A DNA stretch of 64,000 bases from Rubrobacter sp. (GTDB lineage: Bacteria; Actinomycetota; Rubrobacteria; Rubrobacterales; Rubrobacteraceae): contig JACCWD010000090.1 of the NCBI GenBank assembly GCA_013697825.1, forward strand, positions 1,318 through 65,317, written 5' to 3'. Numbering within the stretch: the first letter of the stretch is position 1; each line of letters begins with the position of its first letter. Position numbers and translations under genes: made by a program. Below, piece after piece: positions 1 through 11,213 of this stretch. Under the pieces are notes generated by a model. That model saw nothing but the letters and a program-made list of their open reading frames with translations, was not told the DNA's origin and did not search any database.

Positions 1-181
1 TCGCAAAGCCCGCCTCGCCGCCCCCGATCCCGGCCATGGCCTACGAAGCGACGCGGAGATAAACCCTCCGGCGAAGACGCACGCTCCGGCGAACGAACGT
101 TCCGAAACCATGTGGCGTGGAGGCTCGTGCGGGAGTACGATGCTCCATGGAGTTTGGGGCGCCGGCCACAGACAAGGAGGT

Positions 182-865
182 ATGGCGTTGAGCGAGACGG
201 ATTTGCGAGAGTTCGGGGAGGTCGCCGCAACGGAGCGGTTCACGCTCCAGAATTCCGCGATGCTCAAGGTGAAGCTGGAAGGCGACGAAATTCAGGCTCT
301 CCTCGGCTCGATGGTCGCTTACCAGGGGGACGTGAAATTCGAGCATAAGTCGGGCGGGCTCGGGAGGTTTTTCAAGAAGGCGATGACCGGGGAGGGCGTT
401 CAATTAATGGGCTGCTCCGGCTCCGGGGACCTCTTCCTCGCGCAGGATAAAAGGAAGATCATGGTCATCGAACTCGACGACGAACGCATGACCGTGAACG
501 GCGGAAACATCCTCGCCTTCAAGCCGAGCATCGAGTGGGACATAAGGCGCGTCGAGGGGGCCGGAAGGCTCGCGGGCGGCCTCTTCAACATCCTCCTCGA
601 AGGGAGCGGGAAAGTGGCCGTCACCTCAGCCGGGGAACCCGTCCTCCTCGACACGAACACCCCGACCTTCGCCGACCCGGAATCCGCGATAGCGTGGAGC
701 GGCGGCGTAAGGACGAGCGTCAAGAGCGACGTGTCATTCAAGACGTTCGTCGGGCGCGGGAGCGGCGAGTCGTTTCAAATCGCCTTCACCGGGCCGGGAT
801 GGGTTCTCATACAGCCATCGGAAGGCGCGGTCATCCCGCCGCATTCGCACGGCAACGAAAGCTGA
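182..865 (+). CDS. AIM24 family protein (DUF124-like)
   Basis: ORF 110..865. The Gly-rich pattern (GEGVQL, GSGDLFLA, GGNILAF, GGLFNILLEGSGKV, FTGPGWVLIQP) is typical of the AIM24 family. Start moved to the internal ATG (MALSETD). Confidence 0.65.
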   Translation: MALSETDLREFGEVAATERFTLQNSAMLKVKLEGDEIQALLGSMVAYQGDVKFEHKSGGLGRFFKKAMTGEGVQLMGCSGSGDLFLAQDKRKIMVIELDDERMTVNGGNILAFKPSIEWDIRRVEGAGRLAGGLFNILLEGSGKVAVTSAGEPVLLDTNTPTFADPESAIAWSGGVRTSVKSDVSFKTFVGRGSGESFQIAFTGPGWVLIQPSEGAVIPPHSHGNES

Positions 866-941
866 GTTTTCTCCGAGTCTTCGCCGTTTTTCGGAAACCC
901 GGTCGGCGGGTTCCGCACCACACAACAAAATCGCATAACGA

Positions 942-985
942 GGAGAGAGCCGGGAAATCCCGACTCTCTCCGTTCGCGTTTTCGT
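942..985. terminator. Putative bidirectional terminator hairpin between convergent genes
   Basis: GGAGAGAG (942-949) pairs with CTCTCTCC (964-971) and is followed by a T-rich CGTTCGCGTTTTCG. It lies between the AIM24 stop and the RTX-gene stop. Confidence 0.35.
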
Positions 986-1003
986 CTCGTTCGTCGCCGC
1001 AGT

Positions 1004-2132
<1,129 letters not shown>

Positions 2133-2266
2133 GGCGCCCGTGGACGCTCTCCCATGCGACCCCCGGCAAACCCGCCCGGATCACCATTCCCTGATCCACT
2201 TCGGCCCCGCGAACGCAACCGCTAACGCCGACTACAAGGATCTTAATCAACCGCCCCATGGCGGCG

Positions 2267-2290
2267 CATCACACAATCTACGTAGTTTTT
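2267..2290 (-). promoter_or_regulatory. Conserved upstream motif, copy c (rc AAAAACTACGTAGATTGTGTGATG)
   Basis: 21/24 match to the motif at 29968-29993. It lies about 135 nt upstream of, and is co-oriented with, the lipoprotein gene start at 2132. Confidence 0.4.
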
Positions 2291-2369
2291 GGGAGTTTCC
2301 AGAAGTTTCCGACGCTTTTCGGCTAGAAACGAGCCGGAACCGCGGCGAGGAGGTGGTTCGTTGCCGCGT

Positions 2370-2840
2370 CTACGAGTTCCCGTCGAGTATCCGGGCGGCC
2401 TCGGCGAGCGAAACGGAGAGACGGGCGTGTCCCGTGCCTTCCAGCCTCCTCAGCAATTTATCGTCGGCGGTCGCCACGACGGTATTCGACTCTTCCGCGA
2501 GGGCAAAAAAGAGGGCATCGTATATGCTCGCGCCGCTCTCGAAGTGGAGTTCGGCGGCGCGTTCTATGAGGTCTTCCGGGGCGTACGTGTATATGGGGGC
2601 GTGGAGCAAATCATCCCAGGCGTTGCGGGCATCCTCTGCGTCGAGGATTCCCCTCCGTTCCTGGCGGCGTATGGCGTTGAAGCCTTCGGCGAGAATTGTG
2701 GACGGGGCGATGAGTTCGGCTCTCCCCTCATCGGCGGCGTCGAGGATTTCGAGCGCGTCTTCATGTCCTTCCTCGACGACGTAGAATTTCACCGCCACAC
2801 TCGTGTCGACGACGAGCGGTCGCGGTCGTCTCTCGCCCAC
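2370..2840 (-). CDS. vapC: PIN-domain ribonuclease toxin VapC
   Basis: LVVDTSVAVKF N-terminal acidic motif plus a later IYDALFFALAEE..VATADDKL pattern typical of PIN toxins. The start sits 3 nt after the upstream small ORF's stop. Confidence 0.8.
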   Translation of the reverse strand: MGERRPRPLVVDTSVAVKFYVVEEGHEDALEILDAADEGRAELIAPSTILAEGFNAIRRQERRGILDAEDARNAWDDLLHAPIYTYAPEDLIERAAELHFESGASIYDALFFALAEESNTVVATADDKLLRRLEGTGHARLSVSLAEAARILDGNS

Positions 2841-2842
2841 GG

Positions 2843-3037
2843 CTAGCTGCGAGAGTCCCGGTCTTCGCGGACGATCTCCGTGGAATCCGGAAAGACGCGA
2901 CCGGGATATTTCGCCCTGAGCCGGGCCGCCGACCGCCGCGCCCGATCCCCCGCCCCCTTCACATCCTCCGGCCTCGGACTCCTCGTCGGTTTGAGCGGTG
3001 TTCTTTTCTTCGACAAGATCAAACCTCCTCGCCCCAT
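2843..3037 (-). CDS. vapB: Putative VapB-type antitoxin
   Basis: 64-aa ORF directly upstream of and abutting vapC. The C-terminal FPDSTEIVREDRDSR resembles VapB tails that bind the toxin. Confidence 0.5.
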   Translation of the reverse strand: MGRGGLILSKKRTPLKPTRSPRPEDVKGAGDRARRSAARLRAKYPGRVFPDSTEIVREDRDSRS

Positions 3038-3049
3038 TTTACCCCGCCG

Positions 3050-3832
3050 CTAAAACCTCGCCGGGATGGTGGCGACGGCGCCGCCCGTATGGCCCTTCTC
3101 CGCGTCCAAAAGATGGTTCATTGACTCGATGGCGACCTCGAGTTCGGCCCGGCGCGGCTCGGTGGTGGTGAAGTGTTTTTGGAAGAAGTTCCCGACGGCG
3201 ATGGACGCTCTCGTTTGACCGAGGATGAACCACGCCTCGGAGATGAGGATGAACTGGAGGATGGCGTACCCCCACCACCCGACGAGCGGGTCGAGGAGTC
3301 CGGCGGCGAGGATGTATACGAGGATGTTCGTCCCGCACCTGGGGTGGAGGCGGCTCGAGGCGCGGGCGTTTTGCATCGTCACCTCACCGTACCTCTCGTA
3401 TGCCGCGACGACCTTATGCTCCGCCCCGTGGAAGCGACCGATCGAAGTGAAGCGCATCACGAGGAAGAAAAGGAGGAGGACCGGAAGTATCGGGAAGAGG
3501 GTGAAGAACTCGAAGAGGCCGCCCGCAGCCCCTCCCGAGCCGCTCCCGAACTCGAAGAGGCTCACCATCAGCCAGAGCACGGCGAGCGTGGCGGCGAGGA
3601 ACACAAGCGTCCACAAAGAGCCGCCGACTTGCCAAATGAGCCGCCCCCAGAAAAAGAACGACCGGATTATGGGGAGGCGCGAGAGGAAAAGAACCGCCTC
3701 GTTCTTCGGCGGGTGTATGCGCGAAGGCTCGACGTTCACGTGGATGTCGCCCTTCTTCTTATACGCGACGCTCATGAAGTTCGGGCCGAAGAGGTCGAGG
3801 CCGTCGAAGCGGGCCATGCCCCCGAACGTCAT
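3050..3832 (-). CDS. DUF1385 domain-containing membrane protein
   Basis: FHGAEHKVVAAYE and RLHPRCGTNILV motifs plus several TM helices. Start chosen at the internal Met (MTFGGMARF); the upstream part of ORF 3050..3925 looks non-coding. Confidence 0.65.
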   Translation of the reverse strand: MTFGGMARFDGLDLFGPNFMSVAYKKKGDIHVNVEPSRIHPPKNEAVLFLSRLPIIRSFFFWGRLIWQVGGSLWTLVFLAATLAVLWLMVSLFEFGSGSGGAAGGLFEFFTLFPILPVLLLFFLVMRFTSIGRFHGAEHKVVAAYERYGEVTMQNARASSRLHPRCGTNILVYILAAGLLDPLVGWWGYAILQFILISEAWFILGQTRASIAVGNFFQKHFTTTEPRRAELEVAIESMNHLLDAEKGHTGGAVATIPARF

Positions 3833-3956
3833 GGGATCCGGGCCGCGTTCTTGCCCGCTTCTATTTTCGGACTTCTCCGGCAAACGATCTCCTCGGACAT
3901 CTCGGACAGAGACAAAATTTAGCACGAGAGTGGCGAAAGGATAGAATTACCAAACT

Positions 3957-5165
3957 TTGAAGGCCGAAGAGCGAGAAAACAAAGCGAAATCGGCGGAGCC
4001 GCCCCGAAGCGAAGAAGCCACGAAGGAACGCGCCAGCGAGCGGCGGGTGTATGTCGGGATCGGACTCGTGTTCGCCATCCTCCTCCTCGGGTACCTCATC
4101 TACGAGATCGCCGTCGTCGTCCTCGTCATACTTTTGACGATGCTTTTCTCCATCATTATCAGCGGCCCGGTGGACACCCTCGAAAAGCGCGGGTGGAGCC
4201 GGGGACTCGGAACCCTCGTCGTGATGGGCGGACTCCTCGTCGCGCTCGTCGCCCTCATCGCCGCGCTCGCCCCGACCGTCGAGGAGCAAGCTGTACAGTT
4301 CGCCGGAACTTTGCCCGCCCTCCTCGAAGGTACGCAAGCCTTCGCCCGCGACGCGCAAAACCGCCTCGGCCTCGAACTCCCGTTCAGCCTCGAGCCGCAA
4401 AGCCTCATAGACTCCGCCCGCGACTTCCTCTCCGGCGGCGCCCTCTCGACGGTGGCGAACGTCGGGGCGGGCGTGGCGAACGTCGTCTCTCTCGGGGCGG
4501 TCGTTCTGATCGCCACGATCTATTCCGTCCTCAGTCCGGGGCCGCTCGTCAACGGCTTCGTGGCGATATTCCCGGCGGGAAAGAGGGAGAGGGTGCGCGA
4601 GATCCTCTTCTCGATGTACTCGACGGTTCAAAGATGGTTCCTCGGGCAACTTACCTCGATGCTCATTATCGGAACTTTATGGACGATCGCCCTCTTCATC
4701 ATCGGGGTTCCATTCGCGCTCCTTTTAGGCATCTTCGCCGCCGTCGTCTCCTTCGTGCCGTATGTCGGCCCGGCGATCGCGCTCGTTCCGCCCGCGCTCA
4801 TCGCGCTCGTGAACGACCCGATCCTCGCGGTGTGGGTCGTCGCGACGTACCTCCTCATCCAAACCGTCGAGTCGTACATGATCCAGCCAATCATCATGAG
4901 CCGCGCCGTCGCACTCCACCCGGCGGTCGTGATCTTCTCCATTTTGATCATGGGAACCCTCTTCGGACTCATCGGCGTGCTTTTGGCGGTCCCCCTCACC
5001 GCCGCACTCCTCGTCCTCGCCAACGAGATGTGGGTGTACCGGATGGACGAGGTGGGAACCGACCCGAACCCCCCGAAGCCGAAAGCCTCGGACGAAACTA
5101 CGCCGAAGCGCCACCATCTTCCGGCGTGGCTTCGGAGAGCCGCAAAACGCCTCCGCCGTTCGTAA
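3957..5165 (+). CDS. AI-2E family transporter (UPF0118/PerM-like)
   Basis: 402-aa polytopic membrane protein with the family-typical FVPYVGPAIALVPPALIAL segment. TTG start. Confidence 0.8.
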   Translation: MKAEERENKAKSAEPPRSEEATKERASERRVYVGIGLVFAILLLGYLIYEIAVVVLVILLTMLFSIIISGPVDTLEKRGWSRGLGTLVVMGGLLVALVALIAALAPTVEEQAVQFAGTLPALLEGTQAFARDAQNRLGLELPFSLEPQSLIDSARDFLSGGALSTVANVGAGVANVVSLGAVVLIATIYSVLSPGPLVNGFVAIFPAGKRERVREILFSMYSTVQRWFLGQLTSMLIIGTLWTIALFIIGVPFALLLGIFAAVVSFVPYVGPAIALVPPALIALVNDPILAVWVVATYLLIQTVESYMIQPIIMSRAVALHPAVVIFSILIMGTLFGLIGVLLAVPLTAALLVLANEMWVYRMDEVGTDPNPPKPKASDETTPKRHHLPAWLRRAAKRLRRS

Positions 5166-6498
5166 GCTCCCGCCCGGAGAGGAAGCTCGTCGAGACCCCG
5201 CCCCGCCGAAACCCCTCGTCCTCCAAAATCGCGAGGTGGAGCGGAAGCGTGGTCTCCAAACCGGAGATCGCAAACTCGTCAAGGGCGCGCGTCCCACGCC
5301 GGATCGCCGTATCCCGGTCTTTCCCGTGGACGATGAGCTTCGCGAGGAGCGAATCATAGTGCGGCGGGACTTTGTATCCCGCATAAAGGTGCGAGTCCAC
5401 GCGCACGCCGGGGCCGCCGGGCGGATTGTAAAACTCGACGGGGCCGGCTTGCGGGAGGAAGTTCCGCCTCGGGTCTTCGGCGTTTATTCGGAACTCGATG
5501 GCGTGGCCGTCGGGTGATGAGGCTCTTTTCGGCACATCGAGGCTTTCGCCGGAGGCGATGCGGATTTGCTCGGAGACGAGATCCACGCCCGACACCATCT
5601 CCGTCACCGGATGCTCGACTTGAAGCCGCGTGTTCATCTCGATGAAATAAAACTCCCCGCCCGAATACACGAACTCGACCGTCCCCGCTCCCTCGTACCC
5701 GAGATGCTCGACGAGCGAAGCCGACGCTTCCATGAGTCCTTCGCGGTCGCCGTCCGGCAACCCCGGCGCGGGCGTCTCCTCGATCAATTTCTGATATCGC
5801 CTTTGCACCGAGCAATCCCGCTCCGGAAAGGCGAACGTGTTCCCGAGCGAGTCCGACAAAACCTGAACCTCGATGTGCCGAAGCTCCTCGATATACCTCT
5901 CCACATACAAAGAACCGTCCCCGAAGCTCGCCCCCGCCTCGCGGCTCGCCTCCGAAAAAGCCCCTTCCACCTCGCCCTCCGAATGGACGACGCGCATACC
6001 CTTCCCACCGCCGCCCGCGCTCGCCTTTATGACGAGCGGATACCCGAACTCCGAGCCGACCTTCTTCACCTCGGAGACATCCGCGCAAAGGCCGTCCGAT
6101 CCGGGTGTGATCGGCACTCCGGCCTTCTCGGCGGCGGCGCGGGCGGCGGCTTTGTCGCCCATCATCGAAATGACCCGCGCCGAAGGCCCGATGAACTTTA
6201 TCCCGATCCTCTCGCATATCTCCGCGAACCGCGCGTTCTCCGCGAGGAACCCGTACCCCGGATGAATCGCGTCCGCCCCCGTGAGTTCGGCGGCGGAGAT
6301 AATCGCCGGGATATTCAAATAACTTCCGGCGGCTTGCGGAGGTCCGATGCACACGGCCTCGTCGGCGAGCATCCGGTGGAGCGAGTCCGAGTCGGCGGTC
6401 GAATAAACCGCCACCGAGCGAACGCCGAGTTCACGGCAAGCCCGGACGACGCGGAGTGCGATCTCCCCCCGATTCGCGACGAGGACTTTACCGATCAT
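5098..6498 (-). CDS. accC: Acetyl-CoA carboxylase biotin carboxylase subunit
   Basis: N-terminus MIGKVLVANRGEIALRVVRACRELGV and an ATP-grasp core (IEMNTRLQVEHPVTE). 466 aa. Confidence 0.95.
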   Translation of the reverse strand: MIGKVLVANRGEIALRVVRACRELGVRSVAVYSTADSDSLHRMLADEAVCIGPPQAAGSYLNIPAIISAAELTGADAIHPGYGFLAENARFAEICERIGIKFIGPSARVISMMGDKAAARAAAEKAGVPITPGSDGLCADVSEVKKVGSEFGYPLVIKASAGGGGKGMRVVHSEGEVEGAFSEASREAGASFGDGSLYVERYIEELRHIEVQVLSDSLGNTFAFPERDCSVQRRYQKLIEETPAPGLPDGDREGLMEASASLVEHLGYEGAGTVEFVYSGGEFYFIEMNTRLQVEHPVTEMVSGVDLVSEQIRIASGESLDVPKRASSPDGHAIEFRINAEDPRRNFLPQAGPVEFYNPPGGPGVRVDSHLYAGYKVPPHYDSLLAKLIVHGKDRDTAIRRGTRALDEFAISGLETTLPLHLAILEDEGFRRGGVSTSFLSGRELTNGGGVLRLSEATPEDGGASA

Positions 6499-6550
6499 GG
6501 TCGCTCCGCGACCGTTAGCCGAGAACCGGAGCGACCGAAGGGAGCGACCA

Positions 6551-7015
6551 TCACTCCGGCTTTATGTGAAAAAGAGGCTCGTCGTATTCGACCCCGGCGG
6601 AGTTTTCGGCGAGGATCTCGACGATTTCGCCGGAGACGTCGGCGGAGATCTCGTTCATGAGCTTCATCGCCTCGACGATGCATAGAGTTTGCCCGGCCCT
6701 CACGCTGTCGCCCACCTCGACGAAGAAGTCCTCGCCCGGCGCGGGGGCGCGGTAAAACGTCCCGACGAGCGGCGACTTTATCGTGTGGAAGCCGTTCGTC
6801 TCCGGGGATGGCTCGGCCTCGGGGTGGCGGATCGTCTCGGGGATGGTTTGCGAAGGGGCGGTCGCCGGGACTTCCGGCATCGCCTTCACCGCGACTTCGA
6901 GGTCGCCTTTTTTTACCCGGATCTCACCGACGCCGCTCTCTTTGAGGAGTTCGACGAGTCGTTCGACCTCGCCGAGGGGGAGTCCTTCCGCTTCATGTCC
7001 GTTCGGTTCGTTCAC
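6551..7015 (-). CDS. accB: Biotin carboxyl carrier protein
   Basis: Biotinylation motif CIVEAMKLMNEI near the C-terminus. Immediately upstream of accC. Confidence 0.9.
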   Translation of the reverse strand: MNEPNGHEAEGLPLGEVERLVELLKESGVGEIRVKKGDLEVAVKAMPEVPATAPSQTIPETIRHPEAEPSPETNGFHTIKSPLVGTFYRAPAPGEDFFVEVGDSVRAGQTLCIVEAMKLMNEISADVSGEIVEILAENSAGVEYDEPLFHIKPE

Positions 7016-7080
7016 AGGCTCGGATTCTACACATACGAACGTGGGAAAACCGAGCGAGGTCGGTACAATCTTCCCGGACT

Positions 7081-8880
7081 ATGGGAATAAAAGTTTTGGA
7101 TGCCAGAGTGGCGCAGCAAGTCGCGGCGGGGGAGGTCGTGGATCGCCCCTCCTCCGTCGTGAAGGAACTCGTGGAGAACTCCCTCGACGCCGGAGCCACA
7201 CGCATCGAAGTCGAACTCGAAGACGGCGGAACTTCGAGGATAATGATCCGGGACGACGGGAACGGCATGCCCCCCGACGACGCGAAAATGTGCGTCCTCC
7301 GCCACGCGACGAGCAAAATCTCCGCCATCGAAGACATCGAAGCCGTGAACACTTTGGGATTCCGGGGCGAGGCACTCCCCTCCATCGCGAGCGTTTCGGC
7401 CTTCCAAATTACAACCTCGACCGGGGAGGGCGCCGGAACGAAGGTCGTCGTGGACGGCGGGTCGGAGGCCGAAGTCTCCCCCACCGGAACCCCGAAAGGC
7501 ACGACGGTTCTCGTGGATCGCCTTTTTTATAATGTCCCGGCGAGACGCGCGTTTTTGAAAGGCTCGCGCCCGGAACGCGCCTCCATCACCGAGACCCTCA
7601 CCCACATCGCCGTCGCCCACCCAAAGGTCGCGTTCCGCCTCACGGAGAAGGGAAGGGATTATCTCTCCCTCCCGGAAGCGAATGACCTCCTCGAACGGCT
7701 CGCGCAAATTCAAGGGGTGGCAAAGGCACGCGCCCTTCGGAAGGTCGAGTACGAGTCGGGGGCTTTCAAGATTTCCGGGTATGCCGCGCTCCCGAGTTTG
7801 ACGGAGGGGAGTCGGTCGCATCAAACGGTGTCGGTGAATGGTCGGTGGGTTCGGGGGGATAATTTGCATCGCGGCCTCGACGATGCGTATCGGGCGACGG
7901 TTCCGGGGGGGAGGTATCCCCCGGTGGCGGTGGAGATCGAAGTCGATCCCCGCCGCGTGGATGTGAACGTCCACCCCACAAAGCAAATAATCCGCTTCTC
8001 CGACGAACGCGCCGCCCGCGCCGCCATCGCCGCCGCCGTGCGTTCGGCCATCGAGTGGCGTCCCCCGAACGCCCCGTCCACACCGCGAACCTCGGAGCGG
8101 GCCTTCACACAAGATCGCCTCTCCGCGCCCCCCGAGTACCGTCCTCGGGAGAACGAGTATTCGCGGGCGGCGGAAGGCTCGGCGGCGTATTCCTCCGGGA
8201 CGAACAAAAGTTTGCGAGAGGTTCGGGAGGAAATATCCGCCGCCTCGAAGCCGGAGAAAAAGGCCGAAGACACACCCTTCGCCGCCGAGCTTCCCGAGAG
8301 GGGCGCGCTTCCGAGGCTCGAAGAATTGCGGGTCATCGGGCAATTGGGGGCGGGGTACATACTCGTCGAGGAGCCGGAGGCGATGTGGGTCGTAGATCAG
8401 CACGTTGCCCACGAGCGGGCGATCCTCGACCGCCTCCACGACGGGGAGAACCCGGCCTCCATACAAAGCCTCCTCGTCCCGGAGGTCGTCGAGCTTTCCC
8501 CCGGCGACGCGGAACTCGCCGCCGAGAACCTCGAAGAACTCGCCGTGTATGGTTTCGAGGCCGAGCCGTTCGGCCCGAGGTCGGTGAGGGTGACGGCGGT
8601 CATCTCCACTCTCGCCGACCGCGACGTGGCCGGGGCTTTCAAAAACGCGCTCGCCGCCATCTCCGGCACCGACCCCGGAAGGCGGCGCGAGGATCACATC
8701 CTCGCCACCATCGCGTGCCACTCGGCGGTGAAGATGGGGGATCGCCTCTCGCAGCCGGAAATGGAGGCTCTCATAAAAAGCTGGCTCACGAGCCGGCTTC
8801 CGGCGACGTGTCCGCATGGTAGATCCATATGTTATCGGACGAGTTTGAAGGAGATCGGGCGCAAGCTCGACCGTCATTGA
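7081..8880 (+). CDS. mutL: DNA mismatch repair protein MutL
   Basis: N-terminal GHKL motifs (IAAGEVVDRPSSVVKELVENSLDAGATRIEV, DDGNGM) and a C-terminal dimerisation/endonuclease region. 599 aa. Confidence 0.95.
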   Translation: MGIKVLDARVAQQVAAGEVVDRPSSVVKELVENSLDAGATRIEVELEDGGTSRIMIRDDGNGMPPDDAKMCVLRHATSKISAIEDIEAVNTLGFRGEALPSIASVSAFQITTSTGEGAGTKVVVDGGSEAEVSPTGTPKGTTVLVDRLFYNVPARRAFLKGSRPERASITETLTHIAVAHPKVAFRLTEKGRDYLSLPEANDLLERLAQIQGVAKARALRKVEYESGAFKISGYAALPSLTEGSRSHQTVSVNGRWVRGDNLHRGLDDAYRATVPGGRYPPVAVEIEVDPRRVDVNVHPTKQIIRFSDERAARAAIAAAVRSAIEWRPPNAPSTPRTSERAFTQDRLSAPPEYRPRENEYSRAAEGSAAYSSGTNKSLREVREEISAASKPEKKAEDTPFAAELPERGALPRLEELRVIGQLGAGYILVEEPEAMWVVDQHVAHERAILDRLHDGENPASIQSLLVPEVVELSPGDAELAAENLEELAVYGFEAEPFGPRSVRVTAVISTLADRDVAGAFKNALAAISGTDPGRRREDHILATIACHSAVKMGDRLSQPEMEALIKSWLTSRLPATCPHGRSICYRTSLKEIGRKLDRH

Positions 8881-8882
8881 GG

Positions 8883-8970
8883 GGGTCGCTTCGCCCCGGT
8901 TCCCGGTTCACAGTTTTCGGTTCTCGGCTCAAAACTGAAAACCGGGAACTGTGAACCGGAGCGGAGCGAC
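8883..8970. repeat. Heptamer-array inverted-repeat element, short hairpin form (GAAC-type words)
   Basis: GGTCGCTTCGCC, then CCGGTTCCCGGTTCACAGTTTTCGGTTCTCGG, loop, CTGAAAACCGGGAACTGTGAACCGG, then AGCGGAGCGAC. It fills the whole mutL-stop to EamA-start gap. Confidence 0.7.
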
Positions 8971-9903
8971 ATGACCGACGCCCGCGAACGCCTCGTCGGG
9001 GTTCTTCTCGTGGCTTCGGCGGCGGCGATATGGGGGACGCTCGGGCTTGTGGCGAGCTTCGTGTACGCGGAGGGGGTTTCCTTCGAGGCTTTCGTCCTCA
9101 CTCGGGCGGGCGGGGCTTTTCTCGTGGTTTTGGCTTTCGTGGTTTTGACGGGGCGAGCGGCGAGTTTGCTTGTTCGGGGGCGGGATTTTGTTTTGCTCAT
9201 CCCGCTCGGCGTCTTCGCGATCGGGTGCTTTTATTTGTTTTATTTTTATACGATTCAGGAGAGCGCGGTCGGCACGGCGGCGGTTCTTCTTTACAGCTCC
9301 CCGGCCTTCGTGGTCGTTTTGGCGCGGATATTTTTGGGCGAGGCTTTGAGTTTGCCGCGCATCGCCGCTCTCCTCCTCACCGCCTCGGGCATCGGCCTCG
9401 TCGTCGGGGCTTATGACCCCTCATCGCTCGATGTGCGGCCTTTCGTCGTTCTCACGGGGCTTGGGGCGGGGCTTTCGTTCGCGATGTACTCGGTGATCGG
9501 GAAGCCTTTGACAGGGAGGCTCCCGGCGTATGTAATGAATTGTCATATGCTCGGGATCGGGTCGGTCGTGCTTTTCGTGGCCGCCATCCCGACGCTCGGG
9601 ACTTTGAGTGGGCTTTCCTTCGGGGTTTATGTTCTCCTCGTAGTGTCGGCGGTCGGACAGACGGCGTTTTCGTACGCGCTTTATACGACGGGGCTGAGGA
9701 GGATCGAGGCCGGACAGGCTTCGATCATCGCGACCGTGGAGGTCGTCGTCGCCGGACTCGTCGGGGCGATATTCCTCGCCGAGGAGATAACGGTGCTCAA
9801 AATCTTCGGGGCGTTTCTCGTGATCTCCGGCGCGATTCTCGCCCAGTTCAGGCTTCGGAAGGCTCGCACAGTCCCCGTCGAAGAAGCGCATCCACCGCGA
9901 TGA
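8971..9903 (+). CDS. EamA/DMT family transporter
   Basis: 310 aa with about 10 TM helices and a two-fold EamA-like repeat structure. Confidence 0.75.
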   Translation: MTDARERLVGVLLVASAAAIWGTLGLVASFVYAEGVSFEAFVLTRAGGAFLVVLAFVVLTGRAASLLVRGRDFVLLIPLGVFAIGCFYLFYFYTIQESAVGTAAVLLYSSPAFVVVLARIFLGEALSLPRIAALLLTASGIGLVVGAYDPSSLDVRPFVVLTGLGAGLSFAMYSVIGKPLTGRLPAYVMNCHMLGIGSVVLFVAAIPTLGTLSGLSFGVYVLLVVSAVGQTAFSYALYTTGLRRIEAGQASIIATVEVVVAGLVGAIFLAEEITVLKIFGAFLVISGAILAQFRLRKARTVPVEEAHPPR

Positions 9904-9963
9904 AACGATGTCCCGTCCGATATTCCCACCCACGAAGGGCGCGAAGGGGAATGTATGTCGAAA

Positions 9964-10446
9964 TCAGGCTTCGGAGGGTTCGCGTCTTTCCCGGCGAAAG
10001 AGGAGCGAGTCCACGCCCACCCGCCCGAGCGGGGCGAGGATTATGTGGACACACAATGCGATGAGGCCGATGTCGCGGAGGAAGGCGAGCCAAAGGTTCG
10101 ATGACTCCTCGCCCGCTCCGAAGCACCCGCAGTTTATGTCGAGGCCGCGTACGGCTCCTTGAAGAAGGGCGACGGTGAAGACGGCCATGAGCGCGGTCGT
10201 AAGCCGCGCGGTCGGCTTCGTGAAGAGGCCGACTATGAGATAAAGCCCGATGAGCACTTCGGCGTATGGAAGCGCGTACGCCGAGAACGACACGAACCAT
10301 TCCGGGAGGGCGAGTCCGTACGAGCGGATGGCGGCGGCGAAGGCTCCGGGGTCGAGCATCTTCGGGATGCCCGCGGCGATGAACACGCCGCCGAGGACGA
10401 GGCGGGATACGAGGACGGCGTACGAGTTCGAGAGGGGGTTACGCAA
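9964..10446 (-). CDS. DoxX/MauE family membrane protein
   Basis: 160 aa, 4 TM, with the N-terminal LVLGGVFIAAGIPKMLDPGAF motif typical of MauE/DoxX. Divergent from a thioredoxin-fold gene. Confidence 0.6.
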   Translation of the reverse strand: MRNPLSNSYAVLVSRLVLGGVFIAAGIPKMLDPGAFAAAIRSYGLALPEWFVSFSAYALPYAEVLIGLYLIVGLFTKPTARLTTALMAVFTVALLQGAVRGLDINCGCFGAGEESSNLWLAFLRDIGLIALCVHIILAPLGRVGVDSLLFRRERREPSEA

Positions 10447-10538
10447 AGAGTCTCCGGCGGTCGCTGTGGCCTTTAACCACGACGGCGGCTACTATATCAT
10501 TTCGCTTCGAGACGCTAATCCAAAAAAAGGTCTTTTCC

Positions 10539-11171
10539 ATGGCTCGCAATACGCTGTCGAATAAGGGTTCCAAAAAGAAGTCGGGGCGCAAGATCGGGGA
10601 CGAGGAACTCAAGGCCGCATCCGGCTCGAATCGAACGCTCATCCTCGCCCTCGTCGGCTTCACCGTGGTCGCCGTCGCCGTCATCGGGGGCCTCGCGTTC
10701 ATGAACGCCGGGGGCGGCGACGCGGAGAACTTCACGGCGAACGATCAAGGGCTCATCCCGACCGGGGAGACCGTCCCCGAGTTCTCCGGCGAAAACGTGA
10801 ACGGCGGCGGGAACGTGTCGCTCGGAGGCGGGGACGCGACGATGCTCGTGTTCTTCGCCTCGTGGTGCCCGCATTGCCAGAACGAGGCTCCGGTCATAAG
10901 CGAACTCGAAGAGCAATATGAGGGACTCGACGTCGTCATGGCGGGCGTTGACGGCGATCAAGGCGACGAACCGGAGGCCGTGCGGCGGTTCGTCGAGACG
11001 TACGACATCGAGAGTCCGGCGATTTACCAGCCGGAGCTTGGGGGCGAATACAACGTCTCCGGGTATCCGACGGTTTATGTTTTGAACGGCGAGAACGAGG
11101 TTGTGGGGGCTCATTCGGGCGAGGCTCCCAGGGAAGTGTTCGAGAGTTGGATCGAGGACGCCCTCGCCTAA
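10539..11171 (+). CDS. TlpA/ResA-like thiol-disulfide oxidoreductase
   Basis: N-terminal TM anchor followed by a thioredoxin fold with the FFASWCPHCQNEAP active site. Confidence 0.8.
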   Translation: MARNTLSNKGSKKKSGRKIGDEELKAASGSNRTLILALVGFTVVAVAVIGGLAFMNAGGGDAENFTANDQGLIPTGETVPEFSGENVNGGGNVSLGGGDATMLVFFASWCPHCQNEAPVISELEEQYEGLDVVMAGVDGDQGDEPEAVRRFVETYDIESPAIYQPELGGEYNVSGYPTVYVLNGENEVVGAHSGEAPREVFESWIEDALA

Positions 11172-11213
11172 CGGGGCGGGGTCGCGACCGCCGGACTCAA
11201 GGAGGAAGACATC

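Noticed and set aside
7027-8877. 616-aa ORF antisense to mutL. Similar long antisense or shifted ORFs occur at 10515..12176, 17126..18793, 22399..23973, 25097..27565, 47564..50701, 53472..55367, 33917..36745 and elsewhere.
   Set aside because: Their Arg/Gly/Pro-rich composition is typical of shadow ORFs in high-GC DNA. Each is fully overlapped by a gene with clear family motifs on the other strand or in another frame.
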